DNA from: an uncultured delta proteobacterium
GTDB lineage: Bacteria > Desulfobacterota > Desulfuromonadia > Desulfuromonadales > BM103
Reading direction: 5' to 3'
Assembly: GCA_963715335.1 (NCBI GenBank)
Contig: CAVQRZ010000014.1
Span: 128,001-192,000 of the forward strand
DNA: 64,000 bases
Part shown: one piece after another, positions 1-10,426 of the stretch
How the letters are laid out: every line of letters starts with the position of its first letter
Numbering within the stretch: position 1 is the first letter of the stretch
Program-made: the position numbers and the translations under genes
The notes under the pieces: model-generated
The model's database searches: none
Told to the model about the DNA's origin: nothing
The model's input: the letters and a program-made list of their open reading frames with translations, nothing else

Positions 1-1
1 T

Positions 2-142
2 ATCTGCGGGGCGTTTGTGCTGGTGCTCTTTCCGGAAATCTTCCGGTTTGTCGGTGATATGCGCCTGCTGGCGTTTGCCGGCATCATGCTGATACTGATG
101 CTGAAGAGGCCACAGGGAATCTGGCCCGAGCGGCTCGGCTAA
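2..142 (+). CDS. livM: Branched-chain amino acid ABC transporter permease, C-terminal part (truncated by the window edge)
   Basis: Manual translation ICGAFVLVLFPEIFRF...LMLKRPQGIWPERLG* has the typical LivM C-terminal RPxG motif and lies directly upstream of livG/livF. Confidence 0.85.
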   Translation: MCGAFVLVLFPEIFRFVGDMRLLAFAGIMLILMLKRPQGIWPERLG

Positions 143-170
143 AGATCCATAGGTTTGTAACAGGAGATAA

Positions 171-941
171 ATGATGTCCCTGCTGGAAGTTAAGGATATT
201 GTGCTGCAGTTTGGTGGTCTCAAGGTCATCGACGCGATGAATATGGTGATTGAGGAAGGCTCGATCATGAGTCTGATTGGCCCAAACGGCGCCGGCAAAA
301 CATCGATATTCAACTCGATCACCGGCTTCTACCAGCCCAATTCCGGCGAAATAAACTTTCGCGGCAAACCGATCCTGCGCAAGAAACCACATTCGATCAC
401 CCAGGCAGGTATGGCCAGAACTTTCCAGAACCTGAGGTTGTTCAAGAACATGTCGGTGATCGATAATGTGAAAGCCGGCATGCATTGCCGTTCCCATGCC
501 GGTTTTTTTGGTTCGGTCCTGCGTTCGCCGTGGCAACAAAAGGAAGAACGGGAGATCACCGAGCACTGCGAAAAGTGTCTCGATTTCGTCGGTATTCTGG
601 GACAGAAAGATCGTAACGCCTCCAATCTCGCCTACGGTGACCAGAGGCGTGTCGAATGGGCCCGCGCCCTGGCCACAAAACCAAGCTTCCTGCTGCTGGA
701 CGAGCCGGCCGCGGGACTCAATTACGATGAAAAGCAGAAGCTGATCGAACTCATCCGGCGTATCCGTGACGAACTCGACATTACCGTTCTGCTGATCGAA
801 CACGATATGGGCCTGGTCATGAAGGTGTCCGAATATATTTACGTCATAGACTACGGTCGGAATATTGCGCAGGGCCTCCCGGAAGAAGTGAAGAATGATC
901 CGAAGGTGATCGAGGCTTACCTCGGAAAGGAAGACGACTAG
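171..941 (+). CDS. livG: HAAT-family ABC transporter ATP-binding protein
   Basis: Walker A GPNGAGKT, RTFQNLRLF, LLLDEPAAG, IEHDM and C-terminal VIEAYLG; GGAG RBS. Confidence 0.93.
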   Translation: MMSLLEVKDIVLQFGGLKVIDAMNMVIEEGSIMSLIGPNGAGKTSIFNSITGFYQPNSGEINFRGKPILRKKPHSITQAGMARTFQNLRLFKNMSVIDNVKAGMHCRSHAGFFGSVLRSPWQQKEEREITEHCEKCLDFVGILGQKDRNASNLAYGDQRRVEWARALATKPSFLLLDEPAAGLNYDEKQKLIELIRRIRDELDITVLLIEHDMGLVMKVSEYIYVIDYGRNIAQGLPEEVKNDPKVIEAYLGKEDD

Positions 942-943
942 AG

Positions 944-1660
944 ATGTCAGACGTGCTCCTGAAAATAACGGACCTGAATGCGCATTACGGCCGTATTCAT
1001 GCGTTGCGAGGGATCAGCCTGGAAGTCAAGGCCGGCCAGATAGTCACTCTGCTCGGCGCCAACGGCGCCGGCAAGAGCACCACCATGAAGTGCATCTCCG
1101 GGCTGCTCAAACCGAGTGGCGGCAAGATCGAATTCATGGGTGAGAACATCTTCGGCAAGCCTGCTCACGATATCGTCAAACGCGGCCTGATCCACGTGCC
1201 CGAGGGGCGGCGGATTTTCAAAGGGATGACAATCCAGGAGAATCTTGAGCTGGGCTCATTCACCCTCAGGGACGATGCCGAACGCAAAAAGCGCATGGAC
1301 CACGTCTACACCCTCTTCCCGGTCCTCGGCGAAAGACGCCACCGCGACGCGGGGCTTTTGTCCGGAGGCGAGCAGCAGATGCTGGCCATGGGGCGCGCCT
1401 TGATGGTCGGACAGAAGCTGGTGCTGCTCGATGAGCCGTCGATGGGGTTGGCGCCTTTCCTGGTCAAGGATATCATGAAGGTTGTCAAGAGACTTAACGA
1501 AGAGGGGATCACTATCCTGCTCGTCGAGCAGAACGCCAAGATGGCCTTAGGGGTCGCTGACTATGGCTATGTCGTCGAGACCGGTGAGATTGTCATGCAC
1601 GATGATGCCGAAGTGCTCAAAAACGACGAGCGGATTATCAACGCATACCTCGGTGAATAA
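944..1660 (+). CDS. livF: HAAT-family ABC transporter ATP-binding protein
   Basis: GANGAGKST, VPEGRRIF, LSGGEQQML, LLDEPSMGL, LLVEQN. Confidence 0.93.
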   Translation: MSDVLLKITDLNAHYGRIHALRGISLEVKAGQIVTLLGANGAGKSTTMKCISGLLKPSGGKIEFMGENIFGKPAHDIVKRGLIHVPEGRRIFKGMTIQENLELGSFTLRDDAERKKRMDHVYTLFPVLGERRHRDAGLLSGGEQQMLAMGRALMVGQKLVLLDEPSMGLAPFLVKDIMKVVKRLNEEGITILLVEQNAKMALGVADYGYVVETGEIVMHDDAEVLKNDERIINAYLGE

Positions 1661-1703
1661 AGTTGTATGACCTGGTTTTGCTATAAAGTTAAAGAGGGAC
1701 GAA

Positions 1704-2453
1704 ATGATGGGTTTTGTAGATAAGGTTGTCATCGTCACAGGAGCCGCATCAGGCATGGGCGCAGCGACGGCACGAGAATTCAACGCTGCCGGTGCCAGGG
1801 TCCTGATTGTCGATCGCAACGCTGAACTGGCTGCGCAAGTTGCTTCGGAGATCTCTAGCGATCCGCCTCTGGTCGGGGATGTCAGTGACTCCGCATTCTG
1901 CAAACAGGCCGTCGCTACGGCCGTGGAACGCCACGGCCGCCTCGATATCCTGGTTAACGCCGCCGGCATCATCGTGCGTGCTGATGGCCCCGGGACCACA
2001 GATGAACAATGGCAACGGATCATGAACGTCAATGTCAACGGCGTCTTCTACATGAGCCGCGCCGCTGTCGAGATCATGCGAGGCCAGGGCTCCGGGGCGA
2101 TCGTCAATTTCGGTTCGATCTGGGGCGAAGTCGGTGCCGCAGGGGTTATGGCTTATTGTGCTTCAAAGGGTGCCGTGCACCAGATCACCCGCGCCATGGC
2201 CCTCGACCACGTCAAGGACGGCATCCGCATCAACGCGGTCTGCCCCGGGGAGGTCGACACACCGATGCTGACTTCGGAGCGTTCTGCTCCGGTGACTGCG
2301 GAGATGATGAAGGCCCTTGCCGAGAGTGTACCGATGGGACGCCTGGCCGCTCCGGTCGAGATTGCCCGGGTTGTGCTTTTTCTCTCCTCTGATGCCGCCA
2401 GCTACATGACCGGTGCGATGGTCAATGTTGATGCCGGTTTCACCGCCAGGTAG
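1704..2453 (+). CDS. Classical SDR-family NAD(P)-dependent oxidoreductase
   Basis: [12 protein letters not shown], catalytic [23 protein letters not shown]. Confidence 0.92.
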   Translation: MMGFVDKVVIVTGAASGMGAATAREFNAAGARVLIVDRNAELAAQVASEISSDPPLVGDVSDSAFCKQAVATAVERHGRLDILVNAAGIIVRADGPGTTDEQWQRIMNVNVNGVFYMSRAAVEIMRGQGSGAIVNFGSIWGEVGAAGVMAYCASKGAVHQITRAMALDHVKDGIRINAVCPGEVDTPMLTSERSAPVTAEMMKALAESVPMGRLAAPVEIARVVLFLSSDAASYMTGAMVNVDAGFTAR

Positions 2454-2460
2454 GTGCCCT

Positions 2461-3462
2461 GTGGAATATCGCCTGCTCGGCAGGACCGGCGTCAAGGTCG
2501 CCCCTCTTTGTCTCGGTTCCGACAACTTCGCAAATCCTACCCCTGAAGCAGAATCGGTCGCGATCATCGAGCGGGCTATCGATGCCGGCATCAACCTGAT
2601 CGATACCAGCAACAGTTATGCAAAAGGTGAAAGTGAACGCATTATCGGCCGGGCCCTGGCTGCCAGCGGTCGTCGCGACCAGGTGCTGGTGGCCACCAAG
2701 GCCCACTACCCGACCGGCCCCGGACCGAATGATCGCGGCAACTCACGGCTGCACCTGATGAAGGCCTGTGAAGATTCCCTGAAACGCCTGCAGGTTGATT
2801 GCATCGACCTGTTTCAGCTGCATCGGCCTTCCTTCGAGTTGCCGATCGAGGAAACGATGAGTGCACTCACTGACCTGGTTCGCCAGGGCAAGGTGCGTTA
2901 TGTCGGCTGCTCGACCACCCCGGCCTGGAAGGCGATGGAGTCGATCATGGTCAGCGAATTAAAGGGGTACGTGCGTTTTGCCTCGGAACAGCCGCCCTAC
3001 AACCTGCTGGATCGCCGGATAGAGAACGAAATGGTGCCGTTTTGCCGGGAGTACCAGCTGGCAATCTTCCCCTGGTCGCCGCTCGCCATGGGAATCCTGG
3101 CCGGACGCTATGCCGATGCAGACAAAACCCCGCAAGAATCCAGGGCTGCACTGCGAGGCGGAATCTACGCGGAGCGGGTCACCGCAAGAGGCATCGAGGT
3201 CGGCAACCGGTTCGTTCAGCTGGCCAGGGACCGCGGCATCTCCCCGGCGCAACTGGCGGTCCTCTGGGTCAAAGACCAGCCGGGCATCACCGCGCCGCTG
3301 ATCGGCCCGCGCACGTCGGAGCAACTGGAGCATTTTCTGCCGGTTATGGAGATGCAGCTTGACGATCAGGCCCGTGCAGCGTGCGACGCACTGGTTCCAC
3401 CGGGCAGCGCCGTTGCGGATTTTCACAATTCCGCGCCATGGATGAAGATGCAGATTCTCTGA
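2461..3462 (+). CDS. Aldo/keto reductase
   Basis: [55 protein letters not shown] start chosen just after the SDR stop. Confidence 0.9.
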   Translation: MEYRLLGRTGVKVAPLCLGSDNFANPTPEAESVAIIERAIDAGINLIDTSNSYAKGESERIIGRALAASGRRDQVLVATKAHYPTGPGPNDRGNSRLHLMKACEDSLKRLQVDCIDLFQLHRPSFELPIEETMSALTDLVRQGKVRYVGCSTTPAWKAMESIMVSELKGYVRFASEQPPYNLLDRRIENEMVPFCREYQLAIFPWSPLAMGILAGRYADADKTPQESRAALRGGIYAERVTARGIEVGNRFVQLARDRGISPAQLAVLWVKDQPGITAPLIGPRTSEQLEHFLPVMEMQLDDQARAACDALVPPGSAVADFHNSAPWMKMQIL

Positions 3463-3593
3463 CCTGCATCCTCTCCTGACTGACCCGCCCGAGCGCGAGC
3501 CCTCTTTGCGCCGCTTTACCTTTGCAACCGGTTTTCATCACCTGGCAGGATATCTGCCGTGACCTGAAGGAACCTCCTCGTGGAGTGTTGAAT

Positions 3594-5159
3594 ATGAGCA
3601 GTCTTTCCCCCAGTATCTTCAATGACGTGATCGGACCCGTGATGAGAGGCCCATCGAGTTCGCACTGTGCGGCTGCTCTGCGAATCGGCCTGATTGCCAG
3701 GGACCTGATGCAGGGTGTTGTCGATGATGTCCTGGTTGAATGTGATGCGCAAGGATCACTGGCGCGGACATTTGACAGCCAGGGCAGCGACATCGGTCTG
3801 TGGGGCGGCCTGTTGGGTTGGGATGCGACCAATGATCGTCTCGCCCAGTCAGGGCAGGTTCTGCGCGCCGCGGGCGTGACCACCAAGGTGCGAATCGGTG
3901 AGTTCGGTGACATCCACCCGAATACCTACCGGCTGACTCTGAAAAACAGCAAGGAAACGCGCAAGCTGGTGGCGATCTCCACCGGTGGTGGCATGATTGA
4001 GGTCCTCTCGATTGATGATGTGCCGATCACCATCCTTGGCGACCAGTATGAAACCCTGATCTTGCTCGACCAGGCAGGTATGGGAGTACTGACTCTGCTG
4101 GAACGTCACCTGGCCGAAGACAAGATCAAACTCAACAGTCATGCCGGGGTCACTATCGTGCAAATAAGGGGCGAGGTCGATACCGAAAAACTGTTGGCGC
4201 TATTGAAAGGGCAGGCCGGGCCGCCGGTCGTCAGGACGATTGGGCCGGTGATGCCGGTCCTTGCCATGGAACAGGAGCTGCTGCCGTTTTTGACTTGCCA
4301 GGAGATGCTGGAATATAACGCGCAGGCTTGCCTGTCGCTCTGGCAGCTGGCGGTAAAATACGAGAGTGCCCGTGGCGGAATGGCTGAGGCCGAAGTCTTT
4401 GAGAGGATGCGCGAGATTGCCGGGGTTATGCGTCGCGCCATAGATGTCGGGCTCGCCGGGACTGAATATGATGACCGCATTCTCGGTTGGCAGTCCGGCA
4501 GGTACAAGGATTTGATGGAACGGGGAGCGCTGCTTGATGCAGGGGTCCTGAATGCCGTGATCCTGGCTGTGACGGCCACTATGGAATGCAAGAGCGCCAT
4601 GGGCCTGGTGGTTGCCGCGCCGACCGCAGGTTCCTGCGGGGTTTTGCCGGGGACCTGCCTGGCAACGGCTGAGTTTCTCGGGCTTGACGAAGATGACGCG
4701 GTCAAAGCCTTGCTTGCGGCAGGGATGATTGGTGTTTTTATTGCGAGGGGCGCCACTTTCTCGGCTGAAATAGGCGGTTGTCAGGCTGAGTGTGGCTCCG
4801 CTTCCGGCATGTCTGCGGCAGGGCTGGTAACCCTGGCGGGAGGCAGCCTGGAACAGGCCATTGCGGCGGCTTCCATGGCTTTGCAGTCCAGCCTCGGCAT
4901 GATCTGCGACCCGATTGCCAATCGGGTCGAGGCTCCCTGCCTCGGCAAAAACACCATGGCCGCGGCCAACGCACTCACCTCGGCGAATATGGCGCTGGCC
5001 GGATTCGACCCTCTGATTCCATTTGAAGAGGTCCTGGTTGCCATGGACCAGGTCGGCAGGAGCCTGCCCCATGCCTTGCGTTGTACCGGCCTGGGTGGGC
5101 TGTCGGTCACCAAGGCTTCCCGGGAGATTGAGGAGAGGTTGAAGCAAGCGAGAAAATAA
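3594..5159 (+). CDS. Fe-S L-serine dehydratase-family protein, fused beta and alpha subunits
   Basis: Beta domain GPVMRGPSSSH and STGGG; alpha domain VAAPTAGSCG, GGCQAECG, GMICDP, EAPC, LRCTGLGGL; GGAG RBS before ATG 3594. Confidence 0.88.
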   Translation: MSSLSPSIFNDVIGPVMRGPSSSHCAAALRIGLIARDLMQGVVDDVLVECDAQGSLARTFDSQGSDIGLWGGLLGWDATNDRLAQSGQVLRAAGVTTKVRIGEFGDIHPNTYRLTLKNSKETRKLVAISTGGGMIEVLSIDDVPITILGDQYETLILLDQAGMGVLTLLERHLAEDKIKLNSHAGVTIVQIRGEVDTEKLLALLKGQAGPPVVRTIGPVMPVLAMEQELLPFLTCQEMLEYNAQACLSLWQLAVKYESARGGMAEAEVFERMREIAGVMRRAIDVGLAGTEYDDRILGWQSGRYKDLMERGALLDAGVLNAVILAVTATMECKSAMGLVVAAPTAGSCGVLPGTCLATAEFLGLDEDDAVKALLAAGMIGVFIARGATFSAEIGGCQAECGSASGMSAAGLVTLAGGSLEQAIAAASMALQSSLGMICDPIANRVEAPCLGKNTMAAANALTSANMALAGFDPLIPFEEVLVAMDQVGRSLPHALRCTGLGGLSVTKASREIEERLKQARK

Positions 5160-5277
5160 TCAAGGCCATATGCTTTACCGCAAGGGCGCCATGGCTCTCA
5201 ACCGTTCTTTACGGCGGTTGATCAGGTCCTCTCGTCTTTGCGCTTAATATTCCTGCCCGGGTTTAAGGAGAGAGACA

Positions 5278-6240
5278 ATGAAAATAAGAATGCTCGCCGC
5301 CGCCGATGTTAAGGCGGCTTTGCCGATGCCGAAGGCGATTGAGGCGATGAAGCAGGCCTATGTGCAATTTTCCACCGGTCGGTCAACGGTCCCCCTGCGG
5401 ACCCATGTGCAGACGGAAAAGGGTGTAAGCCTGCTGATGCCGGCCTACCTGCATGACAGCCGGAACCTCGGCGTCAAGATTATTTCCATCTACGCAGACA
5501 ACCCGAAACGGAACCTGCCGACAATCTCTGCGACGGTCATGGTCCTCGACCCCGAGACCGGTTTCCCGCTGGCACTGATGGATGGCGGCAGCCTGACTGC
5601 GATTCGTACCGGCGCCGGTGGTGGCGCTGCGGCCGACGTCCTGGCCCGCAAGGACGCCCGGAACGTCGCTCTGTTCGGTGCCGGGGTACAGGCGCGCACG
5701 CAATTGCAGGCAGTGCTCGCGGTTCGGGGCATTACCGAGGTCAGTATCCTTGATCATTTTGAGGCGGCCGCGAAACGTCTGGCCGATGAGGTTGCCACCT
5801 GGCCAAACGCGCCGAAAGTGATCCTTGGCCGAACCCCGGCTGAAGCCGTGCAGGTCGCTGATATTGTCCTCACAGCAACCACCTCGCCAGTGCCCCTTTT
5901 TGACGGCAACGATCTCAGGCCGGGCACGCATATTACCGGTATCGGGACCTTCACCCCCGACAAACGTGAGATCGATGAGGTCGCCGTAGGCCGCGCCAGG
6001 ATAATCGTTGATTCTTATGAAGCCTGCCTTGAAGAGGCCGGTGATATCATTATCCCGAACGCTGTGATCGACGCGGAACTCGGTGAAGTCCTCAATGGCG
6101 ACAAGCCCGGGCGTGAAAACGATGAGCAAATCACCTTCTTCAAGTCGGTCGGGATTGCCGTGCAGGACACCATGGCCGCGGCCCTGGTGTTCGCCGCCGC
6201 CAAAGCACAGGGGTTGGGCACTGAGGTTGATTTCTCCTGA
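5278..6240 (+). CDS. Ornithine cyclodeaminase/mu-crystallin family protein; probable Delta1-pyrroline-2-carboxylate reductase
   Basis: LTAIRTGA, FGAGVQA, EAGD, FKSVGIAVQD. The specific function is inferred from the adjacent Cys/Thr proline-racemase-family gene. Confidence 0.85.
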   Translation: MKIRMLAAADVKAALPMPKAIEAMKQAYVQFSTGRSTVPLRTHVQTEKGVSLLMPAYLHDSRNLGVKIISIYADNPKRNLPTISATVMVLDPETGFPLALMDGGSLTAIRTGAGGGAAADVLARKDARNVALFGAGVQARTQLQAVLAVRGITEVSILDHFEAAAKRLADEVATWPNAPKVILGRTPAEAVQVADIVLTATTSPVPLFDGNDLRPGTHITGIGTFTPDKREIDEVAVGRARIIVDSYEACLEEAGDIIIPNAVIDAELGEVLNGDKPGRENDEQITFFKSVGIAVQDTMAAALVFAAAKAQGLGTEVDFS

Positions 6241-6278
6241 TTTGATCTACACAGGGTTCGGCGGTGGAGGTACTGGCA

Positions 6279-7304
6279 ATGAAAAACTGGAGAGCGCCTG
6301 GTGACTGGCAGAAAATAACCACGATTGATGCACACACGGCAGGCGAACCCTTTCGTGTGGTCACCTCGGGGTTTCCGCCCCTGGCTGGCGAAACGATTTT
6401 GGCGAAGCGCCGCTTCGTCAAGGAGAAGTACGACCACCTGCGCACGGCCCTGATGCTGGAACCGCGCGGCCATGCCGATATGTACGGTTGTCTCATCACC
6501 CCGCCGGTCACTGAAAGTGCCGATTTTGGTGTCCTGTTCATGCACAACGAAGGCTTCAGTCCCATGTGCGGACACGGTATTATTGCCATGACCACGGTCG
6601 CCCTCGAGTGCGGTATGGTCGCCATGCAGGCTCCGCAGACGATTCTGCGCATCGATACGCCGGCCGGACTGGTGACTGCCTGTGCACACGTTGAGCAAGA
6701 CCGCGTCCACAGCGTCTCGTTTCAGAATGTCCCCTCTTTCGTGATCGGCCTTGACCAGGTCGTGGCTGTGCCAGGGCGTGGCCAGGTTCGTTACGACCTG
6801 GCTTTCGGTGGCGGCTTTTATGCCTATGTCAATGCCGCCGATGTCGGCCTGAAAGTTTCTCCGGATAACCTGCATGCCCTGATCGACACGGGGATGGAGA
6901 TCAAGCGTGCAGTTATGGCAAGCCGGACGATTCCACATCCCTTCGAGCAGGACTTGAGCTTTCTCTATGGCACAATCTTTGTCGATGAGCCGAAGGGTGA
7001 GGGCGCGCATTCGAGGAATGTCTGTATCTTCGCCGAGGGCGAGGTCGATCGTAGCCCGACCGGAACCGGGGTCAGCGGCCGACTGGCGATCCACCATGCG
7101 CGTGGTGAAATCGGGATTGGCGACGCGATCACCATAGAGAGCATTATCGGCAGCTCTTTTCGCTGCGTTGTCGCCGGGGAGACGACGTTTGGTCCGCACC
7201 GGGCGATTCTCCCCGAGGTCGAAGGCAGCGCCTATATCACCGGTCGACATGAGTTCCTGATCGATCCGAACGATCCCTTGAAGGACGGTTTTGTGATGCG
7301 TTAG
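6279..7304 (+). CDS. Proline racemase superfamily protein, Cys/Thr type; probable trans-3-hydroxy-L-proline dehydratase
   Basis: DAHTAGEP, EPRGHADMYG, SPMCGH, and DRSPTGTG with Thr in place of the second catalytic Cys (DRSPCGTG in racemases/epimerases). Confidence 0.88.
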   Translation: MKNWRAPGDWQKITTIDAHTAGEPFRVVTSGFPPLAGETILAKRRFVKEKYDHLRTALMLEPRGHADMYGCLITPPVTESADFGVLFMHNEGFSPMCGHGIIAMTTVALECGMVAMQAPQTILRIDTPAGLVTACAHVEQDRVHSVSFQNVPSFVIGLDQVVAVPGRGQVRYDLAFGGGFYAYVNAADVGLKVSPDNLHALIDTGMEIKRAVMASRTIPHPFEQDLSFLYGTIFVDEPKGEGAHSRNVCIFAEGEVDRSPTGTGVSGRLAIHHARGEIGIGDAITIESIIGSSFRCVVAGETTFGPHRAILPEVEGSAYITGRHEFLIDPNDPLKDGFVMR

Positions 7305-7330
7305 CAGGAATGCTTGCGAGGGGCCACAGA

Positions 7331-8782
7331 ATGACGCAAGAAGAGATTTCGTCACATGACAAAACCCTGAAACTGGAGCTCCTGGCCCGTGAGCTCGACG
7401 CCATCATCGAGTCATCGTCAGACGGTCTGTTTGTCTGTGACGGTTTCGGGCGTATCATCCACATGAACCCTGCCTCGGCCAGGATTAACCATGCCTCTCC
7501 GGAGCAGGTCATCGGTCGTGATTACCTGGATGTGGCCAGGGATGGCTATGTCATCCTGCCGTCCGCCGCCCTCGAAGCGATCAAGAAACGCGAAATTGTC
7601 AGTCTGTTGCAGGAAAATCGTTACGGCTTGAAGCTGATCTCCACGGCGACCCCGGTTTTCGATGATCACGGCAACGTCATCCGGGTCGTGGTCAGCGAGC
7701 GCGATATCACCGAAATTGATCGCCTGCAAAGAGAACTGGAAGTGCAGCAGGCGATCGGCGACCAATTCCGTCACCAGGTCCTGGAACTTCAGCAGGAGTA
7801 TCTTGATTCTCATCCGGTGGTCGCTAAAAGTCCCGGCATGATCAAGGCGCTAACCCAGGCGCTAAAGCTGAGCGGAGTTGATTCAACGGTGCTGCTGCTC
7901 GGTGAGTCCGGGGTGGGCAAGGGGTTGATTGCCGACCTGATTCACAGCCATTCGCGCCGATCGGACCATCTTCTGATCAAGATCAATTGTGGTGCCATCC
8001 CGGAGACCCTGATTGAGGCTGAACTGTTTGGCTATGAGAAAGGGGCCTTCACCGGCGCCGTGACCAGCAAGCCGGGACAGCTGGAACTGGCCGATGGCGG
8101 GACCCTGTTCCTTGATGAGGTTGCCGAACTGCCGCTTGCCTCACAAGTCAAGCTGCTGCGCTTTATGGAGGACGGCCAGGTGACGCGTCTGGGCGGGACA
8201 GACAGCAGAAAGATGGATGTAAGAATTATTGCCGCAACCAATCGTGATCTGGAAAAGCGGGTCGAAGAAAAGCTTTTCCGGCTGGACCTGTACTACCGTC
8301 TCAGCGTTATCCCCCTGACGATCCCGGCCCTGCGTGAGCGCAAGGAGTGTCTCCTGCCACTGATCCGGGCCTTTGTCGACCGTTTTGCCGAACGCTCCGC
8401 AAAGCCAAAACGTTTGACCCGTGCAGCCATTGATCGCCTGGCAAGCTATCCCTTCCCGGGCAATGTCCGTGAACTTATGAATATCTGTGAGAGGTTGGTA
8501 GTGATGACGGATACGGAGATGATCGATGTCAGTGATCTGCCGCGAGCCGTTGTGATGGGCAGTGTGGACGGGTGTTCTGCCGCCGCAGCAAGCTGGCCTG
8601 AGATCATGTCGATGGGACAGATTCTCGAAAGTGTGGAACGTGCTGTGCTTATCGAGGCCAGCAGGAGTTGTCGCAGTCAGCATGAGATCGCGGCGTCGCT
8701 TGACATGAGCCAGCCGACGGTTGCCCGCAAACTACGGAAGTACGGCATGACCATCGGTCAACAGGTGAAGGTCTCTAAGTAA
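7331..8782 (+). CDS. PAS-domain sigma-54 enhancer-binding transcriptional activator (PrdR/RocR-like architecture)
   Basis: N-terminal PAS, GESGVGK, intact GAFTGA, FLDEV, PGNVREL and a C-terminal HTH. Alternative start at 7310. Confidence 0.92.
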   Translation: MTQEEISSHDKTLKLELLARELDAIIESSSDGLFVCDGFGRIIHMNPASARINHASPEQVIGRDYLDVARDGYVILPSAALEAIKKREIVSLLQENRYGLKLISTATPVFDDHGNVIRVVVSERDITEIDRLQRELEVQQAIGDQFRHQVLELQQEYLDSHPVVAKSPGMIKALTQALKLSGVDSTVLLLGESGVGKGLIADLIHSHSRRSDHLLIKINCGAIPETLIEAELFGYEKGAFTGAVTSKPGQLELADGGTLFLDEVAELPLASQVKLLRFMEDGQVTRLGGTDSRKMDVRIIAATNRDLEKRVEEKLFRLDLYYRLSVIPLTIPALRERKECLLPLIRAFVDRFAERSAKPKRLTRAAIDRLASYPFPGNVRELMNICERLVVMTDTEMIDVSDLPRAVVMGSVDGCSAAAASWPEIMSMGQILESVERAVLIEASRSCRSQHEIAASLDMSQPTVARKLRKYGMTIGQQVKVSK

Positions 8783-8790
8783 GGGAGAGC

Positions 8791-9132
8791 GTGATGAAAG
8801 AAATCTCCTGGGATGAATTTGCGGTCGTAGAGTTGCGGGTCGGTACGATTGTCGGGGTCGAGGACTTTCCGGAAGCGCGTAACCCTGCCTACAAGGTCAA
8901 AGTTGACTTCGGCCCCGAGCTGGGAGTTAAGAAGGCGAGCGCCCAGATAACCGCGCACTATTCGAAAGAAGAATTGCTGGGCAGACAGATTGTCGGCGTG
9001 GTGAATCTCCCGTCGAAGCGGATTGGGCCGATGTCCTCCGATTTTTTGCTCACAGGTTTTTATCGCGAAGATAAATCAGTTGTCATTGCAATCCCGGAGC
9101 GTGCAGTGCCGAATGGTGCCAAACTGGGGTAA
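8791..9132 (+). CDS. csaA: CsaA/Trbp111-type tRNA-binding protein and export chaperone
   Basis: [34 protein letters not shown]. Confidence 0.88.
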   Translation: MMKEISWDEFAVVELRVGTIVGVEDFPEARNPAYKVKVDFGPELGVKKASAQITAHYSKEELLGRQIVGVVNLPSKRIGPMSSDFLLTGFYREDKSVVIAIPERAVPNGAKLG

Positions 9133-9208
9133 ACCTTTGTGCTTTTGAGGTAGACTATAGAAGGCATCCCCAGGCTCGGGGTGTTCCTTAGCGTATTCCG
9201 GGGGATAC

Positions 9209-10096
9209 ATGTCGAAACCTCATGATGTTGCCGCAAAGCGGCCCTCGCCGATTCTCTGGCTGGTTTTGGGCGCTGTCTGCATCAGCTTTGCGCCGATTTT
9301 TATCAGGCTGGCTAATGTCTCCCCCGACATTGCCGGCTTTTACAGGCTGTTTTTCGCCGGCCTGTCTTTGTTTGTCATTCTCTGTCTGCGTGGTGCCCTG
9401 CAGCGGTTGCCGCGTGGTCCGGCATTACTCCTGGTGGCGAGCGGGTCCTTCCTGGCGATAGATTTCATGTGCTGGCATCGCAGTATCCATCTGGTCGGCC
9501 CGGGGTTTTCGACCCTCCTGGCGAACTTCCAGGTTTTTTTTACCGCACTCTTCGCCTGGCTGCTTTTCCGCGAAAAAGTCACCCGGATGTTCGTTGTGGC
9601 CATCTTCATGGCGTTCATCGGCCTGACCTTTATAACCGGACTGGATTGGCAGGGGTTGTCCTCCGAGGTCAGGTCCGGAATCGTTTTCGGGCTGCTCGCG
9701 GCGATTTGCTATTCCGGCTACCTGCTGTTTCTGAAGGAGTCGATGAAGGAGAATGTTGTCAGCGGCATGTCTGTCATGCTCGTGGTCTCGGTTTCCGGGT
9801 CCATCGTGCTCGGTGTGGTCAGCCTGGCGACGGGCGCATCCTTCGCGATACCAGATGGCGGCTCCCTGCTGGCCCTGCTTGGTGTCGGCGTACTGAGTAC
9901 GACGGTCGGCTGGTCGATTATCTCTGCCGCTGTCAGGCATGTGCCGGCAACGGTCGCCGGACTGGTCCTGTTGCTGCAACCCGCGCTGGCTTTTGTCTGG
10001 GATGTCATGATTTTTGACCGCCCGACCGGCGGCTCCGAAATCTTTGGCATCCTGTTGATCCTGTTGGCGATATATTTAGGCTCTTACCGGAAATAA
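9209..10096 (+). CDS. DMT/EamA family transporter
   Basis: About 10 hydrophobic segments in two EamA repeats (LFAWLLFREK; LLLQPALA). Confidence 0.88.
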   Translation: MSKPHDVAAKRPSPILWLVLGAVCISFAPIFIRLANVSPDIAGFYRLFFAGLSLFVILCLRGALQRLPRGPALLLVASGSFLAIDFMCWHRSIHLVGPGFSTLLANFQVFFTALFAWLLFREKVTRMFVVAIFMAFIGLTFITGLDWQGLSSEVRSGIVFGLLAAICYSGYLLFLKESMKENVVSGMSVMLVVSVSGSIVLGVVSLATGASFAIPDGGSLLALLGVGVLSTTVGWSIISAAVRHVPATVAGLVLLLQPALAFVWDVMIFDRPTGGSEIFGILLILLAIYLGSYRK

Positions 10097-10116
10097 GAGG
10101 GTTTCATGCGACATTT

Positions 10117-10151
10117 TATTCGTTTCAGAATATTTTATTCATTATTGAATA
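10117..10151. promoter_or_regulatory. Tandem palindromic operators TATTC-N6-GAATA (putative activator UAS for hypD)
   Basis: TATTCgtttcaGAATA at 10117-10132 and TATTCattattGAATA at 10136-10151, about 95 bp upstream of a sigma-54 promoter. Confidence 0.65.
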
Positions 10152-10245
10152 ATAAACGCTTGCTGGTTGTCGTTTCCTCTGCCTCATCCTTCTAATAAAC
10201 CTTTTTATTTCAGGTGCTTACAAAATTCACCCGACCGCTCCTGCT

Positions 10246-10261
10246 TGGTACCCTTTTTGCT
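10246..10261 (+). promoter_or_regulatory. Sigma-54 (-24/-12) promoter of hypD
   Basis: TGGTAC-CCTTT-TTGCT with exact GG-N10-GC spacing. Confidence 0.75.
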
Positions 10262-10426
10262 CTGTATCTAATCAGTGTTGTTTGTCTTTTGACTGTCTTT
10301 GTTGGGTTGTCAGCTATGGGTCGCTTGTCTTTGGTCCGCTGCCCGCAGTACAATCAAGAGTGAGAATTCAAAAGCTCCACGGATTAGCCGGGTTGTTGGG
10401 CCAGAAGGTAAGGATTGGTCTTGATC

